64,000 bases of DNA from Gemmatimonadota bacterium (lineage in GTDB: Bacteria; Gemmatimonadota; Gemmatimonadetes; Gemmatimonadales; GWC2-71-9), in the NCBI GenBank assembly GCA_003221005.1, contig QHTZ01000074.1, positions 9,088 to 73,087 on the forward strand. Reading direction: 5' to 3'. How positions within the stretch are numbered: position 1 is the first letter of the stretch; every line of letters starts with the position of its first letter. Positions 47,801 to 56,451 of the stretch are shown in pieces. The translations under genes and the position numbers were made by a program. Under the pieces are notes generated by a model. That model was given only the letters and a program-made list of their open reading frames with translations. It was not told the DNA's origin and ran no database searches.

Positions 47801-48352
47801 TCCATCTCACCGGCAACGGTGCGTGGCTTCGCACACCTCCTGGGGTTTCACACGGGAGCGGGCCCGGCGGCGGCGCCCGCACCCGCCCCAGCCGCCCCCG
47901 TCCCGCCCGTCGGGTCGATGCCACTTCCGACGCCCCCTCTGTTCAGCGGCCCGACCAGCAGTCTCGGCGCCGGCGCGGGAGGTGCGGGTGCCGGGCAGGG
48001 CTTCGCGCTCTCCGTTACCTACACCAGCACCCGCGTCCGGCCCGGGAAGGACAGCACCGGCGCGCCGATTCCGGTGCCCGCGGTGGCCGGGCAACAGGTG
48101 CTCAGTCTCAACCTGAGCTTCAAGCCGACTGCGAAGTGGCAGGCAAACTGGACGACCACGTACGACAGGGCGACGCATACGTTCGGAGAGCACTTCCTGC
48201 GATTGGAGCGGGACCTGCACCGCTGGCACGCGAGCTTCGCGTTCGTGAAGAGTCCCAACGGCAACTTCGCCTTCACGTTCTTCGTGTCGTTGCTCGATCA
48301 GCCCGACATCAAGTTCAACTACGAGCAGCAGACACTGCAGAACGTTCCGTAA
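44828..48352 (+). CDS. tatC: continuous 1174-codon ORF: TatC (aa 1 to ~245), signal/TM-like segment, then LptD/OstA-like outer-membrane protein (aa ~275-1174)
   Basis: N-terminal part has TatC motifs MPFLDHLEELRWRI, six TM segments, LSPPDAVSM. There is no stop codon before KRRARREQAAHRAALVLLLLSGVAAGRVGAQG. After it come OstA-like and FCB-type LptD-like motifs (DVPILWLPFIFQDIRPGRRSGVLVPRFG, LGYYWVVNDYLDLLASADWYAGR). Confidence 0.75.
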   Translation: MPDEPTRGEMPFLDHLEELRWRILYSLLAVLVGTLVGWVIVERIDVIGLLIRPIAPLIPGGRLKFTSPTEPFFITLKFAFAVGVLLASPVVIYQIWAFLAPALYEREKRVIVPALSIGVLLFLAGAAAAYLWVLPRALIVLLSFQREILEPIITADKYFGFAAQIIIAFGLVTELPLVIVILAALGLVTPQFLVRHRRYAIVLSALAAALLSPPDAVSMVLMMVPLWLLYEVSIFCAWVVTKRRARREQAAHRAALVLLLLSGVAAGRVGAQGVPPRADTSAGRPGTPVRGQTIDTAAARKLGLPTGPTRSFPASDQVMDSLLRLKGYRVTQYLADTLIVAGDSQTIFLRGEAFVDRQGTKLEADSVRYREASCRLDATGDPRLFDQGTVMVGEGMRYDTCVRRGTVRQAFTDFRQGAATWYVRGDLAVDSGSTRVYGASSEITSDDHPVPDYHFATGQVKWLNKSVMIARPAVLYVRDVPILWLPFIFQDIRPGRRSGVLVPRFGLNDLIRQTRSYQRHFSNLGYYWVVNDYLDLLASADWYAGRNVTLRGQSRYRWLDRFVTGSFTFARVDQLDSPASSMQLSWQHQQSFDSRTSFNASINYATSGTVLQQNSVDPYLATAQLSSQLNFSKRFDWGALNVGGSRSQDLSSGAVTQSFPGVTLTPSPVNITPDITWSPGFSFTNQQSFHSGPPTLLPFPGTGAALDTVALFSASRQSAISLQTPLRVGRWNWANSITINDATSDQRREFAIPDSTVPGGRRRRLYASTFATQIDWQTGINLPQVLSGTWKVQPGLSIVNTTSAGPFMLRNQFTNGQFVEQGKRLQFSAGMRPTLFGFFPGFGPLARIRHSISPIIDWRYAQGKDVDSLFAYALDPTRTTLNARSDAQQTISIGLSQNFEGKLRPPPHDTGQQQARKLRLLSINTDPISYNFEQAKQPGQTGWQTQTVGNTFASDLLPNFSLRLVHDLWDGPVGRDSSKFAPFLTSVNASFSISPATVRGFAHLLGFHTGAGPAAAPAPAPAAPVPPVGSMPLPTPPLFSGPTSSLGAGAGGAGAGQGFALSVTYTSTRVRPGKDSTGAPIPVPAVAGQQVLSLNLSFKPTAKWQANWTTTYDRATHTFGEHFLRLERDLHRWHASFAFVKSPNGNFAFTFFVSLLDQPDIKFNYEQQTLQNVP
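45545..45640 (+). other. signal-peptide-like segment internal to the TatC/LptD-like ORF
   Basis: From in-frame GTG 45545 it reads (M)TKRRARREQAAHRAALVLLLLSGVAAGRVGA|QG. It has a basic n-region, a hydrophobic core and a V-x-A cleavage-type site. Confidence 0.55.
45545..48352 (+). CDS. alternative model: separately initiated LptD-like outer-membrane beta-barrel protein
   Basis: Same frame as tatC, with possible GTG start at 45545. I see no convincing SD within 5-12 nt upstream (the nearest GAGGTGA is about 20 nt away). Listed as an alternative to the fusion reading. Confidence 0.45.
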   Translation: MTKRRARREQAAHRAALVLLLLSGVAAGRVGAQGVPPRADTSAGRPGTPVRGQTIDTAAARKLGLPTGPTRSFPASDQVMDSLLRLKGYRVTQYLADTLIVAGDSQTIFLRGEAFVDRQGTKLEADSVRYREASCRLDATGDPRLFDQGTVMVGEGMRYDTCVRRGTVRQAFTDFRQGAATWYVRGDLAVDSGSTRVYGASSEITSDDHPVPDYHFATGQVKWLNKSVMIARPAVLYVRDVPILWLPFIFQDIRPGRRSGVLVPRFGLNDLIRQTRSYQRHFSNLGYYWVVNDYLDLLASADWYAGRNVTLRGQSRYRWLDRFVTGSFTFARVDQLDSPASSMQLSWQHQQSFDSRTSFNASINYATSGTVLQQNSVDPYLATAQLSSQLNFSKRFDWGALNVGGSRSQDLSSGAVTQSFPGVTLTPSPVNITPDITWSPGFSFTNQQSFHSGPPTLLPFPGTGAALDTVALFSASRQSAISLQTPLRVGRWNWANSITINDATSDQRREFAIPDSTVPGGRRRRLYASTFATQIDWQTGINLPQVLSGTWKVQPGLSIVNTTSAGPFMLRNQFTNGQFVEQGKRLQFSAGMRPTLFGFFPGFGPLARIRHSISPIIDWRYAQGKDVDSLFAYALDPTRTTLNARSDAQQTISIGLSQNFEGKLRPPPHDTGQQQARKLRLLSINTDPISYNFEQAKQPGQTGWQTQTVGNTFASDLLPNFSLRLVHDLWDGPVGRDSSKFAPFLTSVNASFSISPATVRGFAHLLGFHTGAGPAAAPAPAPAAPVPPVGSMPLPTPPLFSGPTSSLGAGAGGAGAGQGFALSVTYTSTRVRPGKDSTGAPIPVPAVAGQQVLSLNLSFKPTAKWQANWTTTYDRATHTFGEHFLRLERDLHRWHASFAFVKSPNGNFAFTFFVSLLDQPDIKFNYEQQTLQNVP

Positions 48353-48485
48353 GCCGGCGGTTCGCCTGTCCCCTGGTGAGGACAGCCGAAATCCAGGTTT
48401 CGCGGGTAACACGAAGCGGGCACGTCACTTCGTATCGGGCATGCCGCCTGCGGAGACGAACGCCAACCTTCGTCAAAAGGAACCT

Positions 48486-49361
48486 ATGCGCACGCCGTTT
48501 GCGACCCTCCTAGCTGCCGCGGGGCTCGTCGCCCTCGGGTGCAACAACACGAACTCAGTCGGGGCGCCTCTCCCTGCGCCCCAGGACGTGGCATCGGTCT
48601 CCTTGAACCAGGCGATTGACCTGTATTGGGCGGACAACTCGTACGCCAGCGCGCCCTCCCGGTTCTTGTGGTATCGCATCTTCAGCACCAGCTACGATAA
48701 CGTTCGCTGTGGCGCCACGTGGCAACTCGAAGGGACGACGATCGCCCCCGAATTCCTCGTGGGGGCACTCACGAACGGCGTGCCGCGCTGCTACACGGTC
48801 ACGGCTGTCGCCATCGACGGGGCTGAGAGCGACCAGTCCCTCCCGTGGCAGGACACGCCTCGCCCCGATGCGCGCAACGTGGTGCTCTACGCGTCCGCCA
48901 CCAAGGCCGATTCCTCGGGGTTCCTGTTCTGGGACGACGCCAACAACGACGGCGTCGGCGATCCCAACGAACTGGGGCTCGTCGAGAATCCCAGCGGGGG
49001 CATCGTCGACTTCAAGATCGACCGCAACAACGCCGATTCGACTCTCTGGCTCGTGCCGGTCTACTCCGGGACCACGATGTTGGAGTACGGCACGGTTGAC
49101 GATCTCACGTCCATCGACTACGCGCCCGCCACCGGGTATAGCCGCGACTCGCTGCAAGCGTTCCCGGGGGACGGCTACGTCTTCAAGATCGTGGACCCCT
49201 CTGGTCTCCACTACGGCGCGGTGCGCGTGACGCATGTCGGTCGGCGGTATCTCATCCTCGACTGGAGCGTGCAGACCGATCCCGGCAACCCCGAGCTCGT
49301 GGTGCGGGGCGGCTTGCTCACCGCGAAGCCGACGGGCTCGATGGTCGCCACGCCGCGCTAA
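48486..49361 (+). CDS. putative lipoprotein with FN3-like N-terminal domain
   Basis: ATG at 48486 preceded by AAAGGA gives MRTPFATLLAAAGLVALGCNN, a lipobox. No recognisable enzymatic motifs. Confidence 0.65.
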   Translation: MRTPFATLLAAAGLVALGCNNTNSVGAPLPAPQDVASVSLNQAIDLYWADNSYASAPSRFLWYRIFSTSYDNVRCGATWQLEGTTIAPEFLVGALTNGVPRCYTVTAVAIDGAESDQSLPWQDTPRPDARNVVLYASATKADSSGFLFWDDANNDGVGDPNELGLVENPSGGIVDFKIDRNNADSTLWLVPVYSGTTMLEYGTVDDLTSIDYAPATGYSRDSLQAFPGDGYVFKIVDPSGLHYGAVRVTHVGRRYLILDWSVQTDPGNPELVVRGGLLTAKPTGSMVATPR

Positions 49362-49375
49362 AGGGTGATTTCACG

Positions 49376-49414
49376 AGGCGCCAGGCTGCCGGCGGTTGCG
49401 GCGGCCTGGCGCCT
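49376..49414 (+). terminator. stem-loop terminator candidate after the lipoprotein gene
   Basis: AGGCGCCAGGCTGCC (49376-49390) pairs with GGCGGCCTGGCGCCT (49400-49414) with one mismatch, and is followed by TCGTAGTTTCC. Confidence 0.55.
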
Positions 49415-49431
49415 TCGTAGTTTCCCCCCGT

Positions 49432-50922
49432 ATGCCCGCTGAGGTCACCATCGACGGCCGCTCGTTGTCGATTGCGGACGTCGTAGCGGTGGCGCGCCAC
49501 GAGGCGACGGTGGCGATCTCCTCTCCCGCGTTGCGCGAGGTCGGGCGGTGTCGCGAGGTGGTCGAAGCGGCCCTGGCGGGAGGCGCGACGATGTACGGCG
49601 TCACGACCGGGTTCGGCAAGCTCGCCCACGTCCGCATTCCCTCCGAGCGGATCCGCCAGCTCCAGCTCAACCTGATTCGCAGCCATGCCTCCGGCGTGGG
49701 CGAGCCGCTGGCCACTGAGGCGGTGCGCGCAATGATGCTGCTGCGTGCCAACGTGCTCGTGCGGGGCACGAGCGGCGTGCGGCCCCGCCTGCCGGAGCTC
49801 CTCGTCGCGATGCTCAACGCCCGCGTGCATCCGCGCGTGCCTTCCCAGGGCAGCGTGGGAGCGTCGGGCGACCTGGCGCCGCTGGCGCATCTCGCGCTCG
49901 CGCTGGTCGGCGAGGGGGATGACGGCGCCGCGCTCCGGACCGCGGGCCTGCAACCGATCGAGTTGGAAGCGAAAGAGGGGTTGGCGTTCGTGAACGGCAC
50001 CCAGGCGCAGGCCGGCCTCGCGGCGCTGCTGGTGCACGACGCCTGGGTGCTGTGGCGCACGGCACACGCGGCCGCGGCGATGAGCCTGGAGGCGGTGCGC
50101 GGCACGCCGGAGCCGTTCGATGCTCGCATCCACGCGGCACGGCCGCATCCGTTCCAGGAGCAGTCAGCCGCGCTGCTGCGCGAGCTGCTCGCCGACAGCG
50201 AGATCCGGGAGTCCCACCGCGAGCACGATCCCAGAGTGCAGGACGCCTACTCGCTGCGCTGCACCCCGCAGATCCTGGGCGCGGTCGGCGAGGGGCTCGC
50301 GTTCGCCGAGCGCCTGGTGGCGGTCGAGCTCAACGCGGCGACGGATAACCCGCTGGTGTTCGGCGAGGACATCGTGTCGGGCGGCAACTTCCACGGCCAG
50401 CCGCTGGCCCTGGCGCTCGACGTGCTCGGCATCGGGCTCGCCACGCTCGCGGGGCTGGCCGAGCGGCGGATCGAGCGGATCGTCAATCCCGATCTCTCCT
50501 CCGGGCTGCCGGCGTTTCTCGCGCGCGAGCCGGGCTTGGAATCGGGGTTCATGACGCCGCAGATCGCGGCCGCCGCGCTCGCGGCGGAATGCCGGGTGCT
50601 CGCCACGCCCGCGAGCGTGCAGTCGCTACCCACGGAAGGGAATCAGGAGGACGTGGTGCCGATGGGGATGAGCGCCGCCTGGAAGGCTGGGCGCATCTTC
50701 GCCAACGCGGTGCGCGTCGTGGCGATTGAGCTGCTGGCCGGCGCGCAGGGACTCGAGTTCCTGAAGCCGCTCAAGCCGGGGCGTGGCGTGGCGCGCGCAC
50801 ACGGCGTAGTGCGACGGGATGTGCCGCCCCTCGCCGGCGATCGCCCGCTCACCGGAGACATCGAGCGGGTGGCGGCGGGGATCCGGGCGGGAGAGTTCGA
50901 TCCAGAAGGGGGAGGGGCGTGA
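49432..50922 (+). CDS. hutH: histidine ammonia-lyase
   Basis: ATG at 49432 gives [20 protein letters not shown] motif [14 protein letters not shown]. The track start at 49396 lies inside the upstream hairpin. Confidence 0.92.
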   Translation: MPAEVTIDGRSLSIADVVAVARHEATVAISSPALREVGRCREVVEAALAGGATMYGVTTGFGKLAHVRIPSERIRQLQLNLIRSHASGVGEPLATEAVRAMMLLRANVLVRGTSGVRPRLPELLVAMLNARVHPRVPSQGSVGASGDLAPLAHLALALVGEGDDGAALRTAGLQPIELEAKEGLAFVNGTQAQAGLAALLVHDAWVLWRTAHAAAAMSLEAVRGTPEPFDARIHAARPHPFQEQSAALLRELLADSEIRESHREHDPRVQDAYSLRCTPQILGAVGEGLAFAERLVAVELNAATDNPLVFGEDIVSGGNFHGQPLALALDVLGIGLATLAGLAERRIERIVNPDLSSGLPAFLAREPGLESGFMTPQIAAAALAAECRVLATPASVQSLPTEGNQEDVVPMGMSAAWKAGRIFANAVRVVAIELLAGAQGLEFLKPLKPGRGVARAHGVVRRDVPPLAGDRPLTGDIERVAAGIRAGEFDPEGGGA

Positions 50923-50944
50923 CGCAGCGATTTTCCCAGGCGAG

Positions 50945-50962
50945 CCCACCCTTCAGGGTGGG
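50945..50962 (+). promoter_or_regulatory. intercistronic stem-loop between hutH and hutU
   Basis: CCCACCC-TTCA-GGGTGGG, a 7-bp stem ending 6 nt before the hutU GTG. The 3' arm is the only purine-rich SD-like sequence. Confidence 0.35.
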
Positions 50963-50968
50963 AATCCC

Positions 50969-52633
50969 GTGACCGGCGCTCGCACCGTGCGCGCGCCGCG
51001 GGGACCGGAGAAGTCGTGCCGCGGCTGGATTCAGGAAGCCGCCCTGCGCATGCTGATGAACAACCTCGATCCCGACGTAGCCGAGCGCCCGGAGGACCTC
51101 GTCGTGTACGGGGGGACAGGAAAAGCGGCGCGGGATTGGGCATCGTTCGACGCAATCTGCCGCACTCTGACAAGACTGGGCGACGAGGAGACGCTGCTCG
51201 TGCAGTCGGGCAAGCCGGTGGGCGTGTTCGCCACCCATCCCGACGCGCCGCGCGTGCTGATCGCCAACTCCAACCTGGTCGGTCGCTGGGCTACCTGGGA
51301 GGTGTTCCACGAGCTCGAGCGGCGCGGTCTGATCATGTTCGGGCAAATGACCGCGGGCTCGTGGATTTACATCGGGACTCAGGGCATCCTCCAGGGCACC
51401 TACGAGACGTTCGGCGCCGTGGCACGGCGACACTTCGGCGGCACGCTGCGCGGGCGGATCGTCCTCACGGGCGGGCTCGGCGGCATGGGCGGGGCGCAAC
51501 CACTCGCCGCCACCATGAATGAGGGGATCTGTCTCGCGATTGAGGTCGATCCCGCGCGGGTCGAGCGGCGGCTCTCCACCCGCTACCTGGACCGGTCCAC
51601 CAGCTCGATCGAGGAGGCGCTGCGCTGGTGTGACGAGGCGAGACGCAATGGTGCCGCGCTTTCGGTCGGACTCGTGGGGAATTGCGCGACCGTGCTGCCG
51701 GAGCTCGCGCGCCGGGGGTTCGCGCCCGACGTCGTCACCGACCAGACCTCGGCGCACGACCCGCTGCACGGCTACATCCCGGCGGAGCTGACGGTGGCGC
51801 AGGCCGCCGAGCTCAGGCGGCGCGACCCGCAAGACTACCTGCGCCGCTCGATCGCCAGCATCGCCGCCCATGTGCAGGCGCTGCTCCAGCTCCAGCGCGG
51901 TGGTGCGGTGGCGTTCGACTACGGCAACAACATTCGCGCGACGGCCCGCGACGCCGGCGTGGCGAACGCGTTCGCGATTCCGGGCTTCGTACCGGAGTAC
52001 ATCCGACCACTCTTCTGCGAGGGCAAGGGGCCATTCCGGTGGGTGACGCTCTCGGGCGAGCCGAAGGACCTGCACCGCACCGATCGCCTCGTCCTCGAGC
52101 TGTTCCCCGAGAACGAGCACGTCGGGCGCTGGATCCGGCTCGCGCAGCAGCGCGTCGCGTTTCAAGGCCTCCCCGCGCGCATCTGCTGGCTGGGGCAGGG
52201 CGAGCGCGCCCGGTTCGGGTGCGCCCTGAACGACCTCGTGAAGAGCGGGGACATCAGCGCACCTGTGGTCATCGGGCGCGACCACCTCGACGCCGGCTCG
52301 GTCGCGTCGCCGTTCCGCGAGACCGAGGGCATGGCGGACGGCTCGGATGCCATCGCCGACTGGCCGATCTTGAACGCGCTCCTGAACGCTGCCTCCGGGG
52401 CGGCATGGGTCTCGTTCCACCACGGCGGGGGTGTGGGGATCGGGAACTCGCTGCACGCCGGTCAGGTGAGCGTCGCCGACGGCTCTGCCGGCGCCGGACG
52501 GCGACTCGAGCGCGTGCTTACGAACGATCCGGGAATCGGCGTCGCGCGTCACGCGGACGCCGGGTATCCCGCGGCGCTCGCGGCGGCGCGGCGTCACGGC
52601 ATCCAGCTCCCCATGCATCAGAGCGACGACTGA
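50969..52633 (+). CDS. hutU: urocanate hydratase
   Basis: GTG at 50969. Motifs [46 protein letters not shown] and [13 protein letters not shown]. Confidence 0.92.
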   Translation: MTGARTVRAPRGPEKSCRGWIQEAALRMLMNNLDPDVAERPEDLVVYGGTGKAARDWASFDAICRTLTRLGDEETLLVQSGKPVGVFATHPDAPRVLIANSNLVGRWATWEVFHELERRGLIMFGQMTAGSWIYIGTQGILQGTYETFGAVARRHFGGTLRGRIVLTGGLGGMGGAQPLAATMNEGICLAIEVDPARVERRLSTRYLDRSTSSIEEALRWCDEARRNGAALSVGLVGNCATVLPELARRGFAPDVVTDQTSAHDPLHGYIPAELTVAQAAELRRRDPQDYLRRSIASIAAHVQALLQLQRGGAVAFDYGNNIRATARDAGVANAFAIPGFVPEYIRPLFCEGKGPFRWVTLSGEPKDLHRTDRLVLELFPENEHVGRWIRLAQQRVAFQGLPARICWLGQGERARFGCALNDLVKSGDISAPVVIGRDHLDAGSVASPFRETEGMADGSDAIADWPILNALLNAASGAAWVSFHHGGGVGIGNSLHAGQVSVADGSAGAGRRLERVLTNDPGIGVARHADAGYPAALAAARRHGIQLPMHQSDD

Positions 52634-52644
52634 ACAGTCTGCTA

Positions 52645-53928
52645 GTGGGGGCGCGCCAGGTCGTCACGTGCCGGGGCCCGGCGCGGGCGCGCCGGGGCCG
52701 CGAGATGGGCGACCTCGAGGTGCTCACCAACGCGGCTGTGCTGGTGGAGGGCGGCCGCATCGCTCGGGTTGGTCCGTACGCCGAGCTGCGACGGGCAATG
52801 GGCGGCGAGCGAGGGGGTGGAGGAGAAGTCGAGCTAGTGGAGGTTTCCGGCGTGCTGTTCCCGGGCTTCGTGGACTGCCATACGCACGCGGTATTCGGTG
52901 GCCCGCGGCTCGACGACCACGAGCGCCGCGCGCTGGGTGCGGATTACCGGAGCATCGCGGCGGCAGGCGGCGGGATTCTCGAGTCCGTGCGCGACGTCCG
53001 AGGCCGGTCCGAGGCGGACCTGCTAGCGCTCGCCCGGACGCGGCTCGACGCGCTACTGCGTCACGGGAGCACGACGATCGAGGTGAAGTCCGGGTACGGC
53101 CTCGACGTCGAGACCGAGCTCAAGCAGCTGCGCATCGTTCGCGCACTCGGGCAAGCGCAAAGAGCGACGCTCGTCCCCACCTTTCTCGGCGCTCACGAAA
53201 TCCCGTCCGAATACCGCGAACGCCGCGCCGAGTACGTGCGACGGGTGTGCGAGGAAGTTATTCCCGCCGTCGCGCGGGAGGGGCTGGCCGCCTGCTGCGA
53301 TGTGTTCTGCGAGCCCGGCGTGTTCACGATACTTGAGGCTCGCGCCATCCTGACGGCCGCCCGGCAGCACGGCCTGGCGCTCAAGCTCCACGCCGACGAG
53401 CTCGAGGGATCGGGGGGCGCGGAGCTCGCCGTCGAACTCGGCGCGCTCTCCGCCGACCACCTGGCGGCCGTGTCGGAGACGGGGATCAAGGCGCTGGGAG
53501 CGAGCTCGACCGTGGCCGTGCTGTTGCCGGCGACGATGCTATTCCTCGGCCGCACGCGCCAGGCGCCGGCGCGACGGCTGCTCGACGCCGGGGCGGCGCT
53601 CGCGCTCGCCACCGACTTCAATCCCGGATCGTCGCCGACCGTCAGTCTCCCTCTCGTGATGGCGCTCGGTGTAGCGCAACTGGGTCTGCGTTACACGGAA
53701 GCGGTGCTCGCGGTCACAGTGAACGCTGCGGGGGCGCTGGGCCTCGCGGGAGAACGGGGGCAGATCGCTCCAGGCTTCGTCGCCGACCTCGTACTGTGCG
53801 ACGTGTCAGACTGGCGTGAGGTGGCGTACTGGCTCGGCGCCAATCTCGTAACCGCCGTGTGGACAGCAGGTTCGGCTTGTTTAGGGTGCAGTGCCCCGGT
53901 ATCTTTAGGCCTCCATGTCCAAGCTTGA
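52645..53928 (+). CDS. hutI: imidazolonepropionase
   Basis: GTG at 52645. Motifs PGFVDCHTH, KLHADEL and LATDFNPGSS. Confidence 0.9.
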   Translation: MGARQVVTCRGPARARRGREMGDLEVLTNAAVLVEGGRIARVGPYAELRRAMGGERGGGGEVELVEVSGVLFPGFVDCHTHAVFGGPRLDDHERRALGADYRSIAAAGGGILESVRDVRGRSEADLLALARTRLDALLRHGSTTIEVKSGYGLDVETELKQLRIVRALGQAQRATLVPTFLGAHEIPSEYRERRAEYVRRVCEEVIPAVAREGLAACCDVFCEPGVFTILEARAILTAARQHGLALKLHADELEGSGGAELAVELGALSADHLAAVSETGIKALGASSTVAVLLPATMLFLGRTRQAPARRLLDAGAALALATDFNPGSSPTVSLPLVMALGVAQLGLRYTEAVLAVTVNAAGALGLAGERGQIAPGFVADLVLCDVSDWREVAYWLGANLVTAVWTAGSACLGCSAPVSLGLHVQA

Positions 53929-56446
53929 GAAGCTCAAAGACAAGGCGAAGGGCCTTGAGGCGAAGGATCCGAAGGGCGCAATCGAGGCCTGGCTCGAGGT
54001 TCTGCAGGCCCAGGAAGAGGAAGGCGAGCCCAACCCGGACCTGTCCGTCTTCAACAGGATCGGCGACCTCTACCTCAAGGTGAAGGACCCCGGCCAGGCC
54101 GCCGACTACTACGAACGCGCGGTCGATCGCTACGCGGAGCTTGGATTTCACAACAACGCGATCGCGATGTGCAATAAGGTTCTCCGTAACGCGCCGGCGC
54201 GGCAGACCACCTACCTGAAGCTGGCCAAGCTCTACGCCTCGAAGGGCTTCCTCGCCGAGGCGAAGCAGAACTTTGTGGAATACGCCGAGCGGATGGAGCG
54301 GGTGGGGAAGATCCAGCACGCCTTCGCCGCGCTCAAGGAATTCACCGACCTGTCGCCGGAGAGTGCGGGACTGCGTGAGATGCTGGAGGAGCACCTCCAG
54401 ATGTACGGCACGCCGGAGCGTCGCGGGTCGGAACGGGTGAGCATGCCCGCGGCGCCCAAGGGGCCGCCTGAGTCGAAGGATGACCTGAGCAAGTCGGAGA
54501 AGCGGAAGACCTCGAGCCTCGTGTTCCTGGACCTCGACGAGCCCTCACCCAAGTCCAAACGGCCGACGGGACCCTCCCGGCCGCCGGAGCGGGTGGCGAG
54601 CCTGCTGACCGAAGTGACGCCGGACCCGGACACTTCGCTCGAGATCGAGACCACGAGTCTCGCCGGTGAGTCTGCGCACCCCGCGGCGGATGGCATGATC
54701 GAGGGCTTCGAGCGGACCGTCGACTTCGGGGAAGTGCAAGCGTCGGCGCCGTCGGCGCCGTCCCTGCGCGACGAACTCTCCACTGGGGACATCGAGCACC
54801 TGGCGGGCCTCGAGCCGACGATGGAGACCGACATCGAGCCTGTTGACGTAGAGCCGGTCGAGGTCGAGCCCGAGCCGCTCGCCGAGCTCGACATCGAGGA
54901 CGCCCCGCCCCCGCCTCCGAAGGGCCGGGTTACGGCGCCGAAGGTCGCACCGCCGAAGTTCACGCCTCCCCCCGCGCAGGGCGCACCGCCGCGGGTGGCG
55001 CCGGTCGTGCCGAAGCGGCCGGGTGCCCCGCCACCGCGCGGGACGGCGCCCCCGATGCCCAAGCCGCCCGAGTCTCCAAGGGTGAAACCGGTGGTTCCGA
55101 AGCGCCCCATCCCGCCTCCCCCGGCAGGGCAGCCACCGAAACGCAAGATGGTGGTCGAGGTGCCGCCGCTCGAGCTCGAGCCCGACTTCGAGACGGAGAT
55201 GACGGCCGCGGAGCACGACGCGGACGATCCCGAAACCAACTTCATCCGGACCGAGGACGACACCTCGATCGCCCCGGGGCGCACGTCGCAGTTCGTGGAT
55301 CTCGGCGTCGACGAGGTCGTCAAGCCTGGGGGTCAGGGCGGCGCGCTCGACTTTGCGAACGTCGAGGAGGCGCCTGCCGCGGGGACGATCGAAGAGCTCG
55401 AGTCGCGGGTGGCCGACGATCCCGACGATCCGGACGCGCACCGTGCGCTGGGCGAGGCATTGATCGAGGCGGGCGAGCGCGAGCGCGGCGTTCAGGAGCT
55501 GGACCATGCGACCGGGGGCTTCGAGAACCGGGGTGACCTGGACCAGGCGCGGGGCCTGGTGGAGGAGATCCTGCGCCTCGACCCGAACAGCGTGCGGCAC
55601 CGCCAGAAGCAGGTGGAGTACGCGTTCAAGTCGGGCGACAAGGCGAGCCTGGTGGACGCGTATCTGGAGCTCGCGGACACGCTGCTACGGAGCGACCTCC
55701 CGGACAAGGCGCGGGCGGTGTACCAGCGCGTTGCCGAGCACGATCGCTCGAACGAGCGCGCCCAGGCCGCGCTCGCGATGCTCGCGCCGGCGGGGTCCCG
55801 GGCACCCGCCCCGAAGCCCAAGGACAAGGTCAAGGAGACCCGGACCGCGCCGCGGGACGCGAAGCTGACGGTGCGCGACGAGGCGGCCGAGCTGACGAGC
55901 GCTGAGGTGGCCGAGGGCGATTTCGTCGACCTCGGCGCCATCATCCTGGAAGACGACCAGCCCACGCGCGACACGCGCATGAAGGTCGCCGACGAAGAGC
56001 CCACCGGCGACGAGGAGAAGGACTTCCACGACATGCTCGCGCGCTTCAAGCAGGGGATCGACGAGAACATCGACGAGGCCGATTTCCAGTCGCATTACGA
56101 CCTGGGTGTGGCGTTCAAGGAGATGGGTCTCCTCGACGAAGCGATCACCGAGTTTCAGAAGGCGCTGCGGGCACCCGAGGGCAAGCTCAAGACGTCGGAA
56201 GCCCTGGGGGCGTGCTTTCTGGAGAAGGGAGCGCTCGTGGTGGCGGAGTCCATCCTGCGGCGCGGCCTCGACCTCCCGGCGTCGGGCGACCAGGACCGCC
56301 TCGGCGTCCTGTACTGGCTGGGGCGTGCGCTGGAAGGCCAGGGCAAGAAAGTCGAGGCGCGAGAGCTGTACGGGCGCGTGTTCGCCGTCGAAATCCGCTT
56401 CAGGGATGTGGGCGAGCGCGTGAAGGCGCTCGCCAAGGCGAAGTAG
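53915..56446 (+). CDS. large TPR / Pro-rich linker / TPR protein
   Basis: 843 aa. N-terminal TPR-like region, then an acidic and PVVPKRP-type Pro-rich middle, then a C-terminal TPR with SHYDLGVAFKEMGLLDEAITEFQKAL and FRDVGERVKAL. Confidence 0.8.
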   Translation: MSKLEKLKDKAKGLEAKDPKGAIEAWLEVLQAQEEEGEPNPDLSVFNRIGDLYLKVKDPGQAADYYERAVDRYAELGFHNNAIAMCNKVLRNAPARQTTYLKLAKLYASKGFLAEAKQNFVEYAERMERVGKIQHAFAALKEFTDLSPESAGLREMLEEHLQMYGTPERRGSERVSMPAAPKGPPESKDDLSKSEKRKTSSLVFLDLDEPSPKSKRPTGPSRPPERVASLLTEVTPDPDTSLEIETTSLAGESAHPAADGMIEGFERTVDFGEVQASAPSAPSLRDELSTGDIEHLAGLEPTMETDIEPVDVEPVEVEPEPLAELDIEDAPPPPPKGRVTAPKVAPPKFTPPPAQGAPPRVAPVVPKRPGAPPPRGTAPPMPKPPESPRVKPVVPKRPIPPPPAGQPPKRKMVVEVPPLELEPDFETEMTAAEHDADDPETNFIRTEDDTSIAPGRTSQFVDLGVDEVVKPGGQGGALDFANVEEAPAAGTIEELESRVADDPDDPDAHRALGEALIEAGERERGVQELDHATGGFENRGDLDQARGLVEEILRLDPNSVRHRQKQVEYAFKSGDKASLVDAYLELADTLLRSDLPDKARAVYQRVAEHDRSNERAQAALAMLAPAGSRAPAPKPKDKVKETRTAPRDAKLTVRDEAAELTSAEVAEGDFVDLGAIILEDDQPTRDTRMKVADEEPTGDEEKDFHDMLARFKQGIDENIDEADFQSHYDLGVAFKEMGLLDEAITEFQKALRAPEGKLKTSEALGACFLEKGALVVAESILRRGLDLPASGDQDRLGVLYWLGRALEGQGKKVEARELYGRVFAVEIRFRDVGERVKALAKAK

Positions 56447-56451
56447 TGGTG

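Noticed and set aside
49396-49431. Upstream start (49396) for hutH
   Set aside because: The extra 12 codons lie inside the 49376-49414 terminator-like hairpin. ATG 49432 gives the typical HutH N-terminus.
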